Assembly: GCF_009914755.1 (NCBI RefSeq)
Contig: NC_060928.1
Length of the DNA: 64,000 bases
From: the human T2T-CHM13v2.0 reference genome, Homo sapiens
Strand: one strand, 5' to 3'
The notes beneath the pieces were generated by a model. It saw nothing but the letters and a program-made list of their open reading frames with translations. It searched no databases and was not told the origin of the DNA. A program made the position numbers and the translations under genes. Below, piece after piece: positions 17,574 through 31,401 of the stretch (position 1 is its first letter; each line of letters begins with the position of its first letter).

Positions 17574-18216
17574 GGAGCAAAAAGAAAGAGAAGACAGAGT
17601 AAGTGGGAAAAGAGAAAAGGTCTGCACAGCCCTCACCCTCTGCCTGATTCTCCCTCTTTTTCTTACCTCCCTGAAACTGGGAAGGAAACACTGCCTGGCT
17701 GGATTGGGGCTGTTTTAGGAAGGTGAACACAGCAAAATTCTGTGCCCTGCAAAGTCTTAGCCCTCATCTATTTCAGGAGAGAACCTTCTGGTGGGAAGGG
17801 GATGGGGACCAAGTGCACAGAAGGATGAGGAGTCCTCAGCGGGCTGGCAGCAAGCCTAGAGGTCAGGGGTAGGCTGTGGAGGGGGCTGCTTTGAGCCCTT
17901 CAGGGTGCTGACGGAGGACAAGCCGGCTGCCCTTGGAAAGAATGGAACACCTCGCCTCCTTGCATTGATTCAGGCTGATTTTCTCTGTTGGACTCTTACA
18001 ATCCTGGCTCTGGGAGTGGGTTGCCATGGTTCTGCTGGTTTTAACAGAGGGCTAAGTGGCTTCCCTCAGGCTATGCAGCATTTAGCTGCTCGCTTTGGAT
18101 TTTAGCTTCTCCTCCTTGGAGACCCTGCTCTGCATGGGGGAAAAATCTTGTGTGGACAGTCATGTTCTGGAAGCAATTGGGGAAGTGGGTGCATTTGATT
18201 TGAAATAGTTCATGTG

Positions 18217-18522
18217 GGCCAGGCCTGTATTCTTGGCACTTTGGAAGGCTGAAGTGGGAGGATTGCTTGAGCTCAGGAGATTGACCTGGGCGACATGGTG
18301 AAACCCCATCTCTACTAAAAAAAAAAAAAAAAAAAAAATCAGCCAGGTGTGGTGGTGTGCACCTGTAGTCTCAGCTACTCGGGAGGCCGAGGCTGAAGGA
18401 TTGGTTAAGCCCTGGAGATTGAGATTGCACTGAGCTGAATTTGTGCCATTGCACTTCAGCCTGGGTGACAGAGTGAGATCTTGTCTCAAAAACAAAAAAC
18501 AAAAAAACGAAAAACAAAAAAA
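18217..18522 (+). mobile_element. Alu (J-like) with left-arm deletions
   Basis: GGCCAGGCCTGTATTCTTGGCACTTTGG...GACAGAGTGAGATCTTGTCTCAAAA. Confidence 0.85.
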
Positions 18523-18559
18523 TTGACGAGAGGTAGAAAAAGTCAAGTGTAAGGGCTTT

Positions 18560-18700
18560 AGAGAGTCAGGTAGCTTAGCCTGAGTTCTAGCTTTGTCATG
18601 TACCACTTAAATGACCTTAAGCAAATTACTTAACCCCTTAGAGAAATGGGGGCCCTCATAGCATGCACTTCATATGACAACTGTGAGAATTAATGGTGTG
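18560..18700 (+). mobile_element. MIR fragment
   Basis: TGACCTTAAGCAAATTACTTAACCCCT..AAATGGGG..GTGAGAATTAA. Confidence 0.6.
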
Positions 18701-18947
18701 ACGTGTGACCCATGGGGAGCACCCAGGGAGGGTGGGTTTACCAGTTCCTTTCACTCACATTATCTCAAGGGCTCCCAGAATAACCCTGGGATGCTGTGAG
18801 TGTCATCCTAATTTTCCAGAGAAGGGAACCCAAGTAGGAGCTCAGGGACTTCCTTCATCGGCCTTTTGGATTGATGTGTGCCTGCTTCTCTGACTTCATC
18901 TCCCAGCACTGTGAGGTGGTCACACTGTAGTTGGTGCCTGGCCCATG

Positions 18948-19642
<695 letters not shown>

Positions 19643-19773
19643 CCTTGCTATGCCAGGGCCTGCCTCGTCTTGTCTCCTTCTTTGTAACACTCTTCCCTGG
19701 CTTTTCATGGGACTAGTTCCTTCTCCTCCTTTGGGTTTTAGCTGGGGTCACCTCTTGGGAGGTCTTTTCTCTC

Positions 19774-20051
19774 TTTTTTTTTTTTGAGACGGAGTCTCAC
19801 TCTGTCACCCAGGCTGGAGTGCAATGGCGTGATCTCAGCTCACTGCAACCTCTGCCTCCCGGGTTCAAGCATTCCCTGCCTCAGCCTCCCAAGTAGCTGC
19901 CCGCCACCACTCCTGGCTAATTTTTGTATTTTTAGTAGAGACAGGGTTTCACCATCTTGGTCAGGCTGATCTTGAACTCCTGACCTCGTGATCCACCTGC
20001 CTCGGACTCCCAAGGTGCTGGGATTACAGGCTTGAGCCACTGCGCCCCGCC
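19774..20051 (-). mobile_element. AluS with small internal deletions
   Basis: TSD TGGGAGGTCTTTTCT; sits in an L2-like tract. Confidence 0.92.
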
Positions 20052-20293
20052 CTGGGAGGTCTTTTCTAATCACCCTCCTCAACCATCCTAGTTGCAAGTT
20101 AATCTCAATCGTTTTATTTTCTTTCAACGATTCATTATCATCTGGAATTATTTTGCTTATTGTCCTTCAACAACTCATCACAATTATCTTGTAAAATTAT
20201 CTCATTTATCAGCCTGCTCCAACCACAACGTAAGTTCCCGTGTCAGTCTGGTTTCCTCGTATATCTTCGTATATTCCCCAGGATTAAACTAAT

Positions 20294-21063
20294 CCAGGGG
20301 AACCTCTGGGGTCTGTGGATAGAGTTTGGGCTTTACGAATTTCCATAGAAAAATAAAACCCGCATCTTTATTTTCACTAATCCCTAACTGAAGTTTAGTA
20401 TTTCCTCTGTCATGAATGTAGGCAACAAACCACAGTCGTATGAACTGGATTTGGGACTGTGTCACACGCTACAGGTTTATAGATATCTTGAAATATCATT
20501 TATGCTGATCACTACTATGAGGTTATAGTATTTGTTAGACCTATTGCTAGATCTTGTTATTTACTGCAATAAAGAAATATGTAAGGCCAGGTGCGGTGGC
20601 TCAAGTCTGTAATCTCAGCACTTTGGGAGGCCGAGGTGGGTGGATCACCTGAGGACAGAAGCTTGCGACGAGCCTGGCCAACATAGTGAAACCCTGTCTC
20701 TTCTAAAAATACAAAAATTAGCTGGGGGTGGTGGTGAGTGCCCATAATTCCAGCTACTTCGGAGGCTGAGGCAAGATAATTGTTTGAACCTGGGAGGCAG
20801 AGGTTGCAGTGAGCTGAGCCGAGACCGCTCCATTGCACTCCGGCCTGGGTGACAAGAGCAACACTCCGTCTCAAAAAAAAAAAAGGAAGTTACTATATCA
20901 CAATTTAAAAATACCTTGGTAACTGTTTCAATACATTTGGCTTCTTTTATAAGCCTCTCTGTTTATTTTATGCATTTATAAAGCCTTAGCCTGAATAAAG
21001 GGTCCGTAAGTTTTCACCTGGTTACTAATAGGATTCATGGTACAAAACAGCTTAACTACCTTG
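20294..21063 (+). mobile_element. Charlie4a-like hAT element interrupted by Alu
   Basis: CATCTTTATTTTCACTAA..ATGAATGTAGGCAACAAACCACAG..GCTAGATCTTGTTATTTA..TTTATGCATTTA. Confidence 0.8.
20585..20884 (+). mobile_element. AluS
   Basis: Dimeric Alu. Confidence 0.95.
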
Positions 21064-21246
21064 GTGGCCTAGAACAGTGTTTGGCACATACTAGGAGCTT
21101 GATAAAAATGTTTTTGAGTTGGCTGGATGAAGGGAGGTGGAGAAGGAAAGACCTAGGCTGAGGAAACTGGGGAAAATTCAAAAGCAGAGAATTTTGTCCT
21201 GGAAACAGAAAAACTGGTGTGGTTTGTACTTAGAAATCCAGTGAGA

Positions 21247-21563
<317 letters not shown>

Positions 21564-21599
21564 ATCCAGTGAGAGTGTTGTAAGCTAAAACTAACCAGG

Positions 21600-21965
21600 T
21601 GGCTGATTGGACTTTGTCCTGACACTGTGGGAAACAATGGAAGCCATCAGGCAGGGACAGGAATGATTACAATTGTGTTTTAAAAAATGTATTTGGCTGC
21701 CAAGAGGAGAGAAAAATGAGAGGGCCAATGTGGATACCAATTAAGAGGCTACTGTGGGCGGGTTGAAACAGGCTGGTGGCAGTGGAGGTGGGAAGAAGTA
21801 GATGAATTTGAGAGCAATTTTGGAGATGAAATAGACACAACTTGAAAGCTGATTAGACGTAGGGGGTAAGGGAAAACAGGAAGGACAGAATGACTGCGGT
21901 TTTCTTGCCTGAATTGCTGAGAGGATAGTGGGTAGCTTACTGAGAAGGGACACGGGGGGAAGGAG
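21600..21965 (-). mobile_element. L2 fragment
   Basis: Purine-rich degenerate L2: GGACTTTGTCCTG..GGAAGCCA..GAATGAT..GTAGATGAATTTGAGAG. Confidence 0.6.
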
Positions 21966-22110
21966 CAGGGAGGTATGAGGTAGCCTGAAACTTCAGTATC
22001 AGTGTTATTATTTTGTTCTCAATCTGGTTTTGCAAAAATGTCTTGGAACTCAAATGATGGAGACTGTAGTTTTACTTCTCGTTCTGCCACTAACTTGCTA
22101 TCTCAGGCAC

Positions 22111-22448
22111 TGCTATGGTCTGTTTATACTGGTCCCTGCCAAATTCATAGGTTGAAATCTTCACCTTCCGCCTCATCCCCTTACAGAGGTGGAGGCTTTG
22201 GGAGGTGAGGTTCTGCCCTCATGATGGGATTAATGCCCTTATAAAAGATGCCCCAGAGAGACCCTTCACTCTTTCTGCTGATGGGGTTGGATTATGAAGG
22301 CAGCTGTCTAGGAGGAAGCAGTTTCACTCCATCTGCTAGTGTCTTGAGCTTGGATTTCCTATTCTCCAGAACTGTGAGAAATAAATTTCTGTTGTTTGTA
22401 AGCATCCAGTCTGCAGTATTTTGTTATAGCAGCCTGAATAGACTGACA
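22111..22448 (+). mobile_element. MLT1A-type MaLR solo LTR
   Basis: TGCTATGGTCTG...GAACTGTGAGAAATAAATTTCTGTTG...GACTGACA with perfect TSD GGCAC. Confidence 0.88.
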
Positions 22449-22723
22449 GGCACCTTTCTCAACTTTGTTTTCTCATCTGAACGATGGAGCTCCAGATCAT
22501 GTCCTGCACACCTCACATGCTGGATCGAAACCCTCCTGCCCACCCTCCTTCCTCAGGTCAAGTAAGAAACCTTTGAGCATATGACGTTGCCAAAGGAGCC
22601 TCAAAGTTGGTGATTTTTGTCTGAGCCTTGAATTATAGCTTGGGTCTTATATGCGTACTAGGATGAAATTCGTTAGCTATCATTAACAATAAAGGTGAAT
22701 TTTTTCATTATCATGTATCAGGC

Positions 22724-23409
22724 TGAAACTGCCATTGCAAAATTATAACTGAGACAGTGAAAGCGATCTGACCTAACCAACTTGATATTGCTTCTAACCT
22801 CCAAACTGTCCTTGTTCATTCCTGGGTGTAGGCTGAACTAACTTTGGGAGGAACTATAGTTTAAAACAAAGATGATAACAGCCCTTTCTCAGAACAAACC
22901 TCCTTTTTGCCTGGGGACTAGACTGCCTTTGTAGGACTAACAAATTAGCCACAAGATTAGAAATTATGGTTTAGGAGTCATGCAGCTGGAGGCTACAAGA
23001 TTGTGACCCTCCCTAAACTGTTCCTGACATCAGTGCTTGAGATATTTTGCAGACTCTGCACTTGATGGATCAGCTGACATCACCTGGATCCATAAACTGG
23101 CTCATCTGATCTTGCGGTCCCCATTCAGGAACTGACTCACTGCAAGAGGACAGCTTCAACTCCCTATAATTTCATCTCTGACCCAAACAATCAGCACTCT
23201 CAACTCACCAGCCTTCCCCCACCCACCAAATTATCCTTCAAAACTCTGATCCCCAAATGATCAGGGAGACTGATTTGAATAATAATAAAACTCTGGTCTC
23301 CCACACAGCTGGCTCTGAGTGAATTACTGTTTCTCTATTGCAATTCCCCCATCTTGAGAAACTGGCTCTGTCTAGGTAGTAGGGAAGGTGAACCCATTGG
23401 GTGGTTACA
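22724..23409 (+). mobile_element. LTR8-family (ERV1) solo LTR, full length
   Basis: TGAAACTGCCATTGCAAAATTATAACTGAG...GGGTGGTTACA with perfect 4-bp TSD AGGC. Confidence 0.9.
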
Positions 23410-23413
23410 AGGC

Positions 23414-23630
23414 ATTCTGCTCAGTCAAGCACTCTGCTAAGTGCTTTACATGCTTTATTTATATTCTTCATTTTATTTCTCTATGACAACACTATGAGGT
23501 AGATATTATTATTATACCCAATTCACAGACGTTCAAGTAACTTCCCTCAAGTTACATAATTGTAGGTGGTAGTGTAGAGATTGGAACCTCAAGTCCAACT
23601 CTAGAATCTGTACTCTTAATTCTTACACAT
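23414..23630 (-). mobile_element. MIR
   Basis: GCACTCTGCTAAGTGCTTTACATG..ATGAGGTAGATATTATTAT..AAGTAACTTCCCTCAAG. Confidence 0.75.
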
Positions 23631-24023
23631 TCCTGCCTTCTTGGATTAATTATTCTGTTTTGGCCCAGGTGTCCATCAGGGTTCTCCTGTCCCCTGTGAC
23701 TTAGATTGGATTGGAACATTCTTCCATTTCATATTCTGTGCAAAGTCCATGGCCTCCCTGATTTCTGTGAATTCAGGTGAGCTCCTATCATCATGGAAAT
23801 CTTTGGCTTGGAGCTCCTGCTTCTGTGAAATTATTTCAGTTTCTGGCCCATCCTGCATGTGTCTTCCCCGATCTGTGCTCTGTCAGCCCAGCTGTGGAAA
23901 CCAGTGTCTTTCCTTCATTTCTACCAAGACTTTCACTTGCATAAAGCCCTTATGTTTGTAACAGATTTTGCCAAAAGTCAAAAGATGGAGGGATTTACCA
24001 TGCAGATAATGCACATTTTTTAA

Positions 24024-24374
<351 letters not shown>

Positions 24375-24415
24375 TTATCTCTGTTTTTCAAAAACTCCAT
24401 AGTGATTTCTGCCAT

Positions 24416-24900
24416 TGTGTTAGTTGAGATTTAGGCTAAGATGTTGAAACAATAATATCCCCCTCCCATTCCCAGCAACGTACAGTGGTTTTATCTCTCT
24501 CTCTCAGCCCAGAGCTTAACAGTCCAAGTGAGGGGAAGGTCTACTGCCCACAGTCACTCAAACCACTGTTCCTTCTATCTGGTGTGTCATCATCCCCTAG
24601 GAGTGGTTATGTCCTCATCTGCATGGTCAAAGCTGAGTCAAATCACATCCACAAACAGCCCATCAGAAGGGGAGAAAAGGAGGGAATGGAGGCCAAGGAT
24701 TTCCTTTCTAAGGAAGAGGATGTAGACATCACTTCCATTCTCATTCCATTGTTGCAACATAGTCACATGATCACACTGGCTGCAATGCAGTCTGGGAAGT
24801 GGAGTCTTTCACAGAGCCATGGTGTGCCCCGCTGGAAAGCTTTTACTGTGCAGGAAGGGAAGAGAGGGTTTTCGGGGGCACAAAAATCCCTCTTTGCTTC
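24416..24900 (-). mobile_element. Old MLT1 (J/K-type) MaLR LTR
   Basis: CATCACTTCCATTCTCATTCCATTG..TAGTCACATG..GCTGCAA..CTGGGAAGTGGAGTCTTT. Confidence 0.55.
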
Positions 24901-25517
24901 AACCAACTGGATTCCGGGGTTTGCTTAATCTTGTACTTTCTCTTCATTTTCTCTTTCCACTCTAATTTTATCTCAGCTCTCTCCCTCTGCTTCTTGCCCC
25001 CGATTCATACTTATTTCCAAAACAGAATGGTTCTCTCAAATCTCAGGGTCTCACTTTCCATCCCAAATGACCTAGAAAGCTATTGTCCTAAACAAAGATA
25101 TTTCACACTCAAATTGGGAGTCTGGCACCAGCTGTTAAGATATTTTTCGTATCTGGCTACATGGTGAAAATAAAGCAAGACACTATTTTAAGACACTTTT
25201 CCCAAAAACAATGAGTTAAAATTCACAGAAATCAATTGGTCTGTCATGTAAACATCCCAAATCTTAAGTGATTTAACAAGCTCTTAAGAAGCACAGGCTG
25301 TTTATTGCTTAAAATGAAATAATTTCACACTACAGCAGAGTGTACAATCTAGACTTCCTAGAAAAAGTTTCAGAGGGGGCAGCTGATACTTTTTTTGCCA
25401 GAAAAGTAGAAAAATCTTCATGAGTTCTACACTCTTTTCCCCCACCTTGCTAGAGGACACCTGCCCTTTGTTCAGTCAAGCCACACAACCATTTAAAGTT
25501 TATGCTAGGATCGGTGT

Positions 25518-25700
25518 AAGTCACGTCTGATTACATTTTATTGGGCAAAGCAAGTTGTGTGGACAAGCTCTACGTCAATGGAGTAGGAATGTCTAATTCT
25601 CCCACGTGGGGCCTGCAAGTAACAGGGCAAAGGATGTGAATGCACAATCTTCTTAGGGGGACACAGTGAACACTGGGGCACAGTAATCAATCTACCAATT
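25518..25700 (-). mobile_element. MLT1 fragment
   Basis: GTCAC..CATTTTATTGGGCAAAGCAAGT..AATCTACCA. Confidence 0.55.
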
Positions 25701-25789
25701 GTAAAAGGAGGGACCAGGAATAGAGATTGAATCCAGTGCACAGAGATCTCTGAATGTTAAGCATTATAACTGGAATGTATTTAAAGGTT

Positions 25790-25942
25790 GGCCGGCACAG
25801 TGGCTCACGCCTGTAATCCCAGCACTTTGGGAGGCAGAGGCAGGTGGATCACTTAAGGTCAGTAGTTCAAGACTAGCCTGGCCAACATGGTGAAACCTTG
25901 TCTCTACTAAAAATACAAAAATTAGCTGGGCGTGGTGATGCT
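25790..25942 (+). mobile_element. 3'-truncated AluS (left arm and linker only)
   Basis: Ends abruptly at AATTAGCTGGGCGTGGTGATGC; no tail. Confidence 0.9.
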
Positions 25943-26100
25943 GGATGGTGATGTTATCAGAGGACTGCCAATTAAGAGCATGGCCTGCTCCACCTTTTGA
26001 GCCCATTGTTTGGGGAGGAAGTGTGAGGAGGTTGAATTAGTAAACCATTACAGATCAGCACTTTATTCCTCCCTCTACTCTATCCCCAGCTAACTGGACA

Positions 26101-29100
26101 ATGGGGCAGGCCACTGCATTAGAGCTCACCAGAAAAACAGAACCAATAGGATCTATCTCCATCTCCACCTCCATCTCCACCTCTATCTCCACCTCTCTCT
26201 CTCTCTCTCTATCTCCATCTCCACCTCCATTTCTATCTCTATCCCTCTCCCTCTCCATTTCCACTCCCACCCCCACCCCCACCTCCATCTCCATCTCCAT
26301 CTCCATCTCTATCTCTATCTCCCTCCACCTTCACCTCCATCTTCACTTCCACTTCCATCTCTGCCTCCATCTCCATCTCCATCTCCACTTCCATCTCCAT
26401 TTCCATCTCTGCCTCCATCTTCATCTCCACCTCCATCTCTATCCCCACCTCTATTTCCATCTCCATCTCCATCTCTATCTGTCTCCATCTCCACCTCCAC
26501 CTCCATTTCCATCTCCCTCTCTATCTCCACCCCCACCTCCATCTCCATCTCCACCTCCACTTCCATCTCCATTTCCATCTCTGCCTCTATCTCCATCTCC
26601 ATCTCTGCCTCCATCTCCATTTCCATCTCTGCCTCCATCTCCACCTCAGTCTCCATCTCCACCTCCATCTCCATTTCCATCTCTGCCTCCATCTCCATCT
26701 CTGCCTCCGTCTACATCTCTGCCTCAATCTCCATCTCCATCTCTGCCTCCATCTCCATCTCCATCTCTGCCTCCATCTCCATCTCCATCTCTGCCTCCAT
26801 CTCCATCTCCATTTCTGCCTCCATCTCCATCTCTGCCTCTATCTCCATCTCCATCTGTGCCTCCATCTCCACCTCTATCTCTGCCTCCATCTCCACCTCC
26901 ATCTCCATCTCCATCTCTGCCTCCATCTCCACCTCCATCTCCATCTCCATCTCTGCCTCCATCTTCATCTCCATCTCTGCCTCCATCTCCATCTCCATCT
27001 CTGCCTCCATCTCCATCTCCATTTCTGCTTCCATCTCCATCTCTGCTTCCATCTCCATCTCCATCTCTGCCTCCATCTTCATCTCTGCCTCCATCTCCAC
27101 CTCCATCTCTGCCTCCATGTCCATCTCCATCTCCATTTCTGCCTCCATCTCCATCTCTGCTTCCATCTCCATCTCCATCTCTGCCTCCATCTCCACCTCC
27201 ATCTCTGCCTACATCTCCACCTCCATCTCTGCCTCCAGCTCCACCTCCATCTCTGCCTCCATCTCCATCTCCATCTCTGCCTCCATCTCCATCTCCATCT
27301 CTGCCTACATCTCCATCTCCATCTCTGCCTCCATCTCCATCTCCATCTCTGCCTCCATCTCCATCTCTGCCTCCATCTCCATCTCCACCTCCATCTCCAT
27401 CTCCATCTCTGCCTACATCTCCATCTCCATCTCTGCCTCCATCTCCATCTCCATCTCTGCCTACATCTCCATCTCCATCTCTGCCTCCATCTCCATCTCC
27501 ATCTCTGCCTCCATCTCCATCTCTGCCTCCATCTCCATCTCCACCTCCATCTCCATCTCTGCCTCCATCTCCATCTCTGCCTACATCTCCATCTCTGCCT
27601 CCATCTCCATCTCCATCTCTGCCTACATCTCCATCTCCATCTCCATCTCTACCTCCATCTCCATCTCCATCTCTGCCTCAATCTCCATCTCTGCCTCCAT
27701 CTCCATCTCTGCCTCCATTTCCATCTCTGCCTCCATCTCCATCTCCATTTCTGCCTCCATCTCCATCTCCATCTGTGCCTCCATCTCCATCTCTGCCTCC
27801 ATTTCCATCTCCACCTCCATCTCCATCTCTGCCTCCATCTCCATCTCCATTTCTGCCTCCATCTCCATCTCTGCTTCCATCTCCATCTCCATCTCTGCCT
27901 CCATCTCCACCTCCATCTCTGCCTACATCTCCACCTCCATCTCTGCCTCCAGCTCCACCTCCATCTCTGCCTCCATCTCCATCTCCATCTCTGCCTCCAT
28001 CTCCATCTCCGCCTCCATCTCCATCTCCATCTCTGCCTCCATCTCCACCTCCATCTCTGCCTACATCTCCACCTCCATCTCTGCCTCCAGCTCCACCTCC
28101 ATCTCTGCCTCCATCTCCATCTCCATCTCTGCCTCCATCTCCATCTCCGCCTCCATCTCCATCTCCATCTCTGCCTCCATCTCCATCTCCATCTCTGCCT
28201 ACATCTCCATCTCCATCTCTGCCTCCATCTCCATCTCCATCTCCATCTCTGCCTCCATCTCCATCTCTGCCTCCATCTCCATCTCCACCTCCATCTCCAT
28301 CTCCATCTCCATCTCTGCCTCCATCTCCATCTCCATCTCTGCCTCCATCTCCATCTCCATCTCTGCCTCCATCTCCATCTCTGCCTCCATCTCCATCTCC
28401 ACCTCCATCTCCATCTCCATCTCTGCCTCCATCTCCATCTCTGCCTACATCTCCATCTCTGCCTCCATCTCCATCTCTGCCTCCATCTCCATCTCCATCT
28501 CTGCCTACATCTCCATCTCCATCTCTACCTCCATCTCCATCTCCATCTCTGCCTCAATCTCCATCTCTGCCTCCATCTCCATCTCTGCCTCCATTTCCAT
28601 CTCTGCCTCCATCTCCATCTCCATTTCTGCCTCCATCTCCATCTCCATCTGTGCCTCCATCTCCATCTCTGCCTCCATTTCCATCTCCACCTCCATCTCC
28701 ATCTCTGCCTCCATCTCCATCTCCATTTCTGCCTCCATCTCCATCTCTGCTTCCATCTCCATCTCCATCTCTGCCTCCATCTTCATCTCTGCCTCCATCT
28801 CCACCTCCATCTCTGCCTCCATCTCCATCTCCATTTCTGCTTCCATCTCCATCTCTACTTCCATCTCCATCTCCATCTCTGCCTCCATCTCCATCTCTGC
28901 CTCCATCTCCACCTCCATCTCTGCCTACATCTCCACCTCCATCTCTGCCTCCAGCTCCACCTCCATCTCTGCCTCCATCTCCATCTCCATCTCTGCCTCC
29001 ATCTCCATCTCCACCTCCATCTCCATCTCCATCTCTGCCTACATCTCCATCTCCATCTCTGCCTCCATCTCCATCTCCATCTCTGCCTCCATCTCCATCT

Positions 29101-31401
29101 CTGCCTCCATCTCCATCTCCACCTCCATCTCCATCTCCATCTCTGCCTCCATCTCCATCTCCATCTCTGCCTCCATCTCCATCTCTGCCTCCATCTCCAT
29201 CTCCATCTCTGCCTCCATCTCCATCTCCATCTCTGCCTACATCTCCATCTCCATCTCTGCCTCCATCTCCATCTCCATCTCTGCCTCCGTCTCCATCTCT
29301 GCCTCCATCTCCATCTCCATCTCTGCCTCCATCTCCATCTCTGCCTACATCTCCATCTCCATCTCTGCCTCCATCTCCATCTCCATCTCTGCCTCCATCT
29401 CCATCTCCATCTCTGCCTACATCTCCATCTCCATCTCCATCTCTACCTCCATCTCCATCTCCATCTCTGCCTCAATCTCCATCTCTGCCTCCATCTCCAT
29501 CTCTGCCTCCATTTCCATCTCTGCCTCCATCTCCATCTCCATTTCTGCCTCTATCTCCATCTCCATCTGTGCCTCCATCTCCATCTCTGCCTCCATCTCC
29601 ATCTCCACCTCCCTCTCCATCTCTGCCTCCATCTCTGCCTCCATCTCCACCTCCATCTCTGCCTCCATCTCCATCTCCATCTCCATCTCCATCTCCATCT
29701 GTGCCTCCATCTCCATCTCTGCCTCCATCTCCATCTCTGCCTTCATCTCCATCTCCATCTCCATCTCTGCCTCCATCTCCATCTCCACCTCCATCTCCAT
29801 CTCTGCCTCCATCTCCATCTCCATCTCTGCCTCCATCTCCACCTCTATCTCTGCCTCCATCTCCATCTCTGCCTCCATCTCCATCTCTGCCTCCATCTCC
29901 ATCTCTCCTCCATCTCCATCTCCATCTCTGCCTCCATCTCTGCCTCCATCTCCATCTCCATCTCTGCCTCCATCTCCATCTCCATCTCTGCCTCCATCTT
30001 CATCTCTGCCTCCATCTCCACCTCCATCTCTGCCTCCATCTCCATCTCCATTTCTGCCTCCATCTCCATCTCTGCTTCCATCTCCATCTCCATCTCTGCC
30101 TCCATCTCCACCTCCATCTCTGCCTACATCTCCACCTCCATCTCTGCCTCCAGCTCCACGTCCATCTCTGCCTCCATCTCCATCTCCATCTCTGCCTACA
30201 TCTCAATCTCCATCTCTGCCTCCATCTCCATCTCTGCCTCCATCTCCATCTCTGCCTCCATCTCCATCTCTGCCTCCATCTCCATCTCCATCTCTGCCTC
30301 CATCTCCATCTCCATCTCTGCCTACATCTCCATCTCCATCTCTGCCTCCATCTCCATCTCCATCTCTGCCTCCGTCTCCATCTCTGCCTCCATCTCCATC
30401 TCCACCTCCATCTCCATCTCCATCTCTGCCTCCATCTCCATCTCTGCCTACATCTCCATCTCCATCTCTGCCTCCATCTCCATCTCCATCTCTGCCTCCA
30501 TCTCCATCTCCATCTCTGCCTCCATCTCCATCTCCATCTCTGCCTACATCTCCATCTCCATCTCCATCTCTACCTCCATCTCCATCTCCATCTCTGCCTC
30601 AATCTCCATCTCTGCCTCCATCTCCATCTCTGCCTCCATTTCCATCTCTGCCTCCATCTCCATCTCCATTTCTGCCTCCATCTCCATCTCCATCTGTGCC
30701 TCCATCTCCATCTCTGCCTCCATCTCCATCTCCACCTCCCTCTCCATCTCTGCCTCCATCTCTGCCTCCATCTCCACCTCCATCTCTGCCTCCATCTCCA
30801 TCTCCATCTCCATCTGTGCCTCCATCTCCATCTCTGCCTCCATCTCCATCTCTGCCTTCATCTCCATCTCCATCTCCATCTCTGCCTCCATCTCCATCTC
30901 CACCTCCATCTCCATCTCTGCCTCCATCTCTGCCTCCATCTCCATCTCCATCTCTGCCTCCATCTCCACCTCTATCTCTGCCTCCATCTCCATCTCTGCC
31001 TCCATCTCCATCTCTGCCTCCATCTCCATCTCTGCCTCCATCTCCATCTCCATCTCTGCCTCCATCTCTGCCTCCATCTCCATCTCCATCTCTGCCTCCA
31101 TCTCCATCTCCATCTCTGCCTCCATCTCCATCTCCATCTCTGCCTCCATCTCCACCTCCATCTCTGCCTCCATCTCCATCTCTGCCTCCATCTCCATCTC
31201 TGCCTACATCTCCATCTCCATCTCCATCTCTGCCTCCATCTCCATCTCCACCTCCATCTCCATCTCTGCCTCCATCTCCACCTCCATCTCCATCTCCATC
31301 TCTGCCTCCATCTCCATCTCCATCTCTACCACCATCTCCGTCTCCATTTCTGCCTCCATCTCCATCTCCGTCTCTGCTTCCATCTCCATCCCCATCTCTG
31401 A
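26101..31401 (+). other. Repeat-derived ORF of 1766 aa (Ile-Ser, Leu-His, Pro-Ser dipeptide tracts); not supported as a gene
   Basis: ACAATGG start; open because the pyrimidine-rich strand almost never forms a stop codon; no domain, exon structure or homology recognisable. Confidence 0.12.

Noticed and set aside
24485-24928. 147-aa ORF
   Set aside because: Non-ATG start, lies in a degenerate MLT1 element, no homology recognisable
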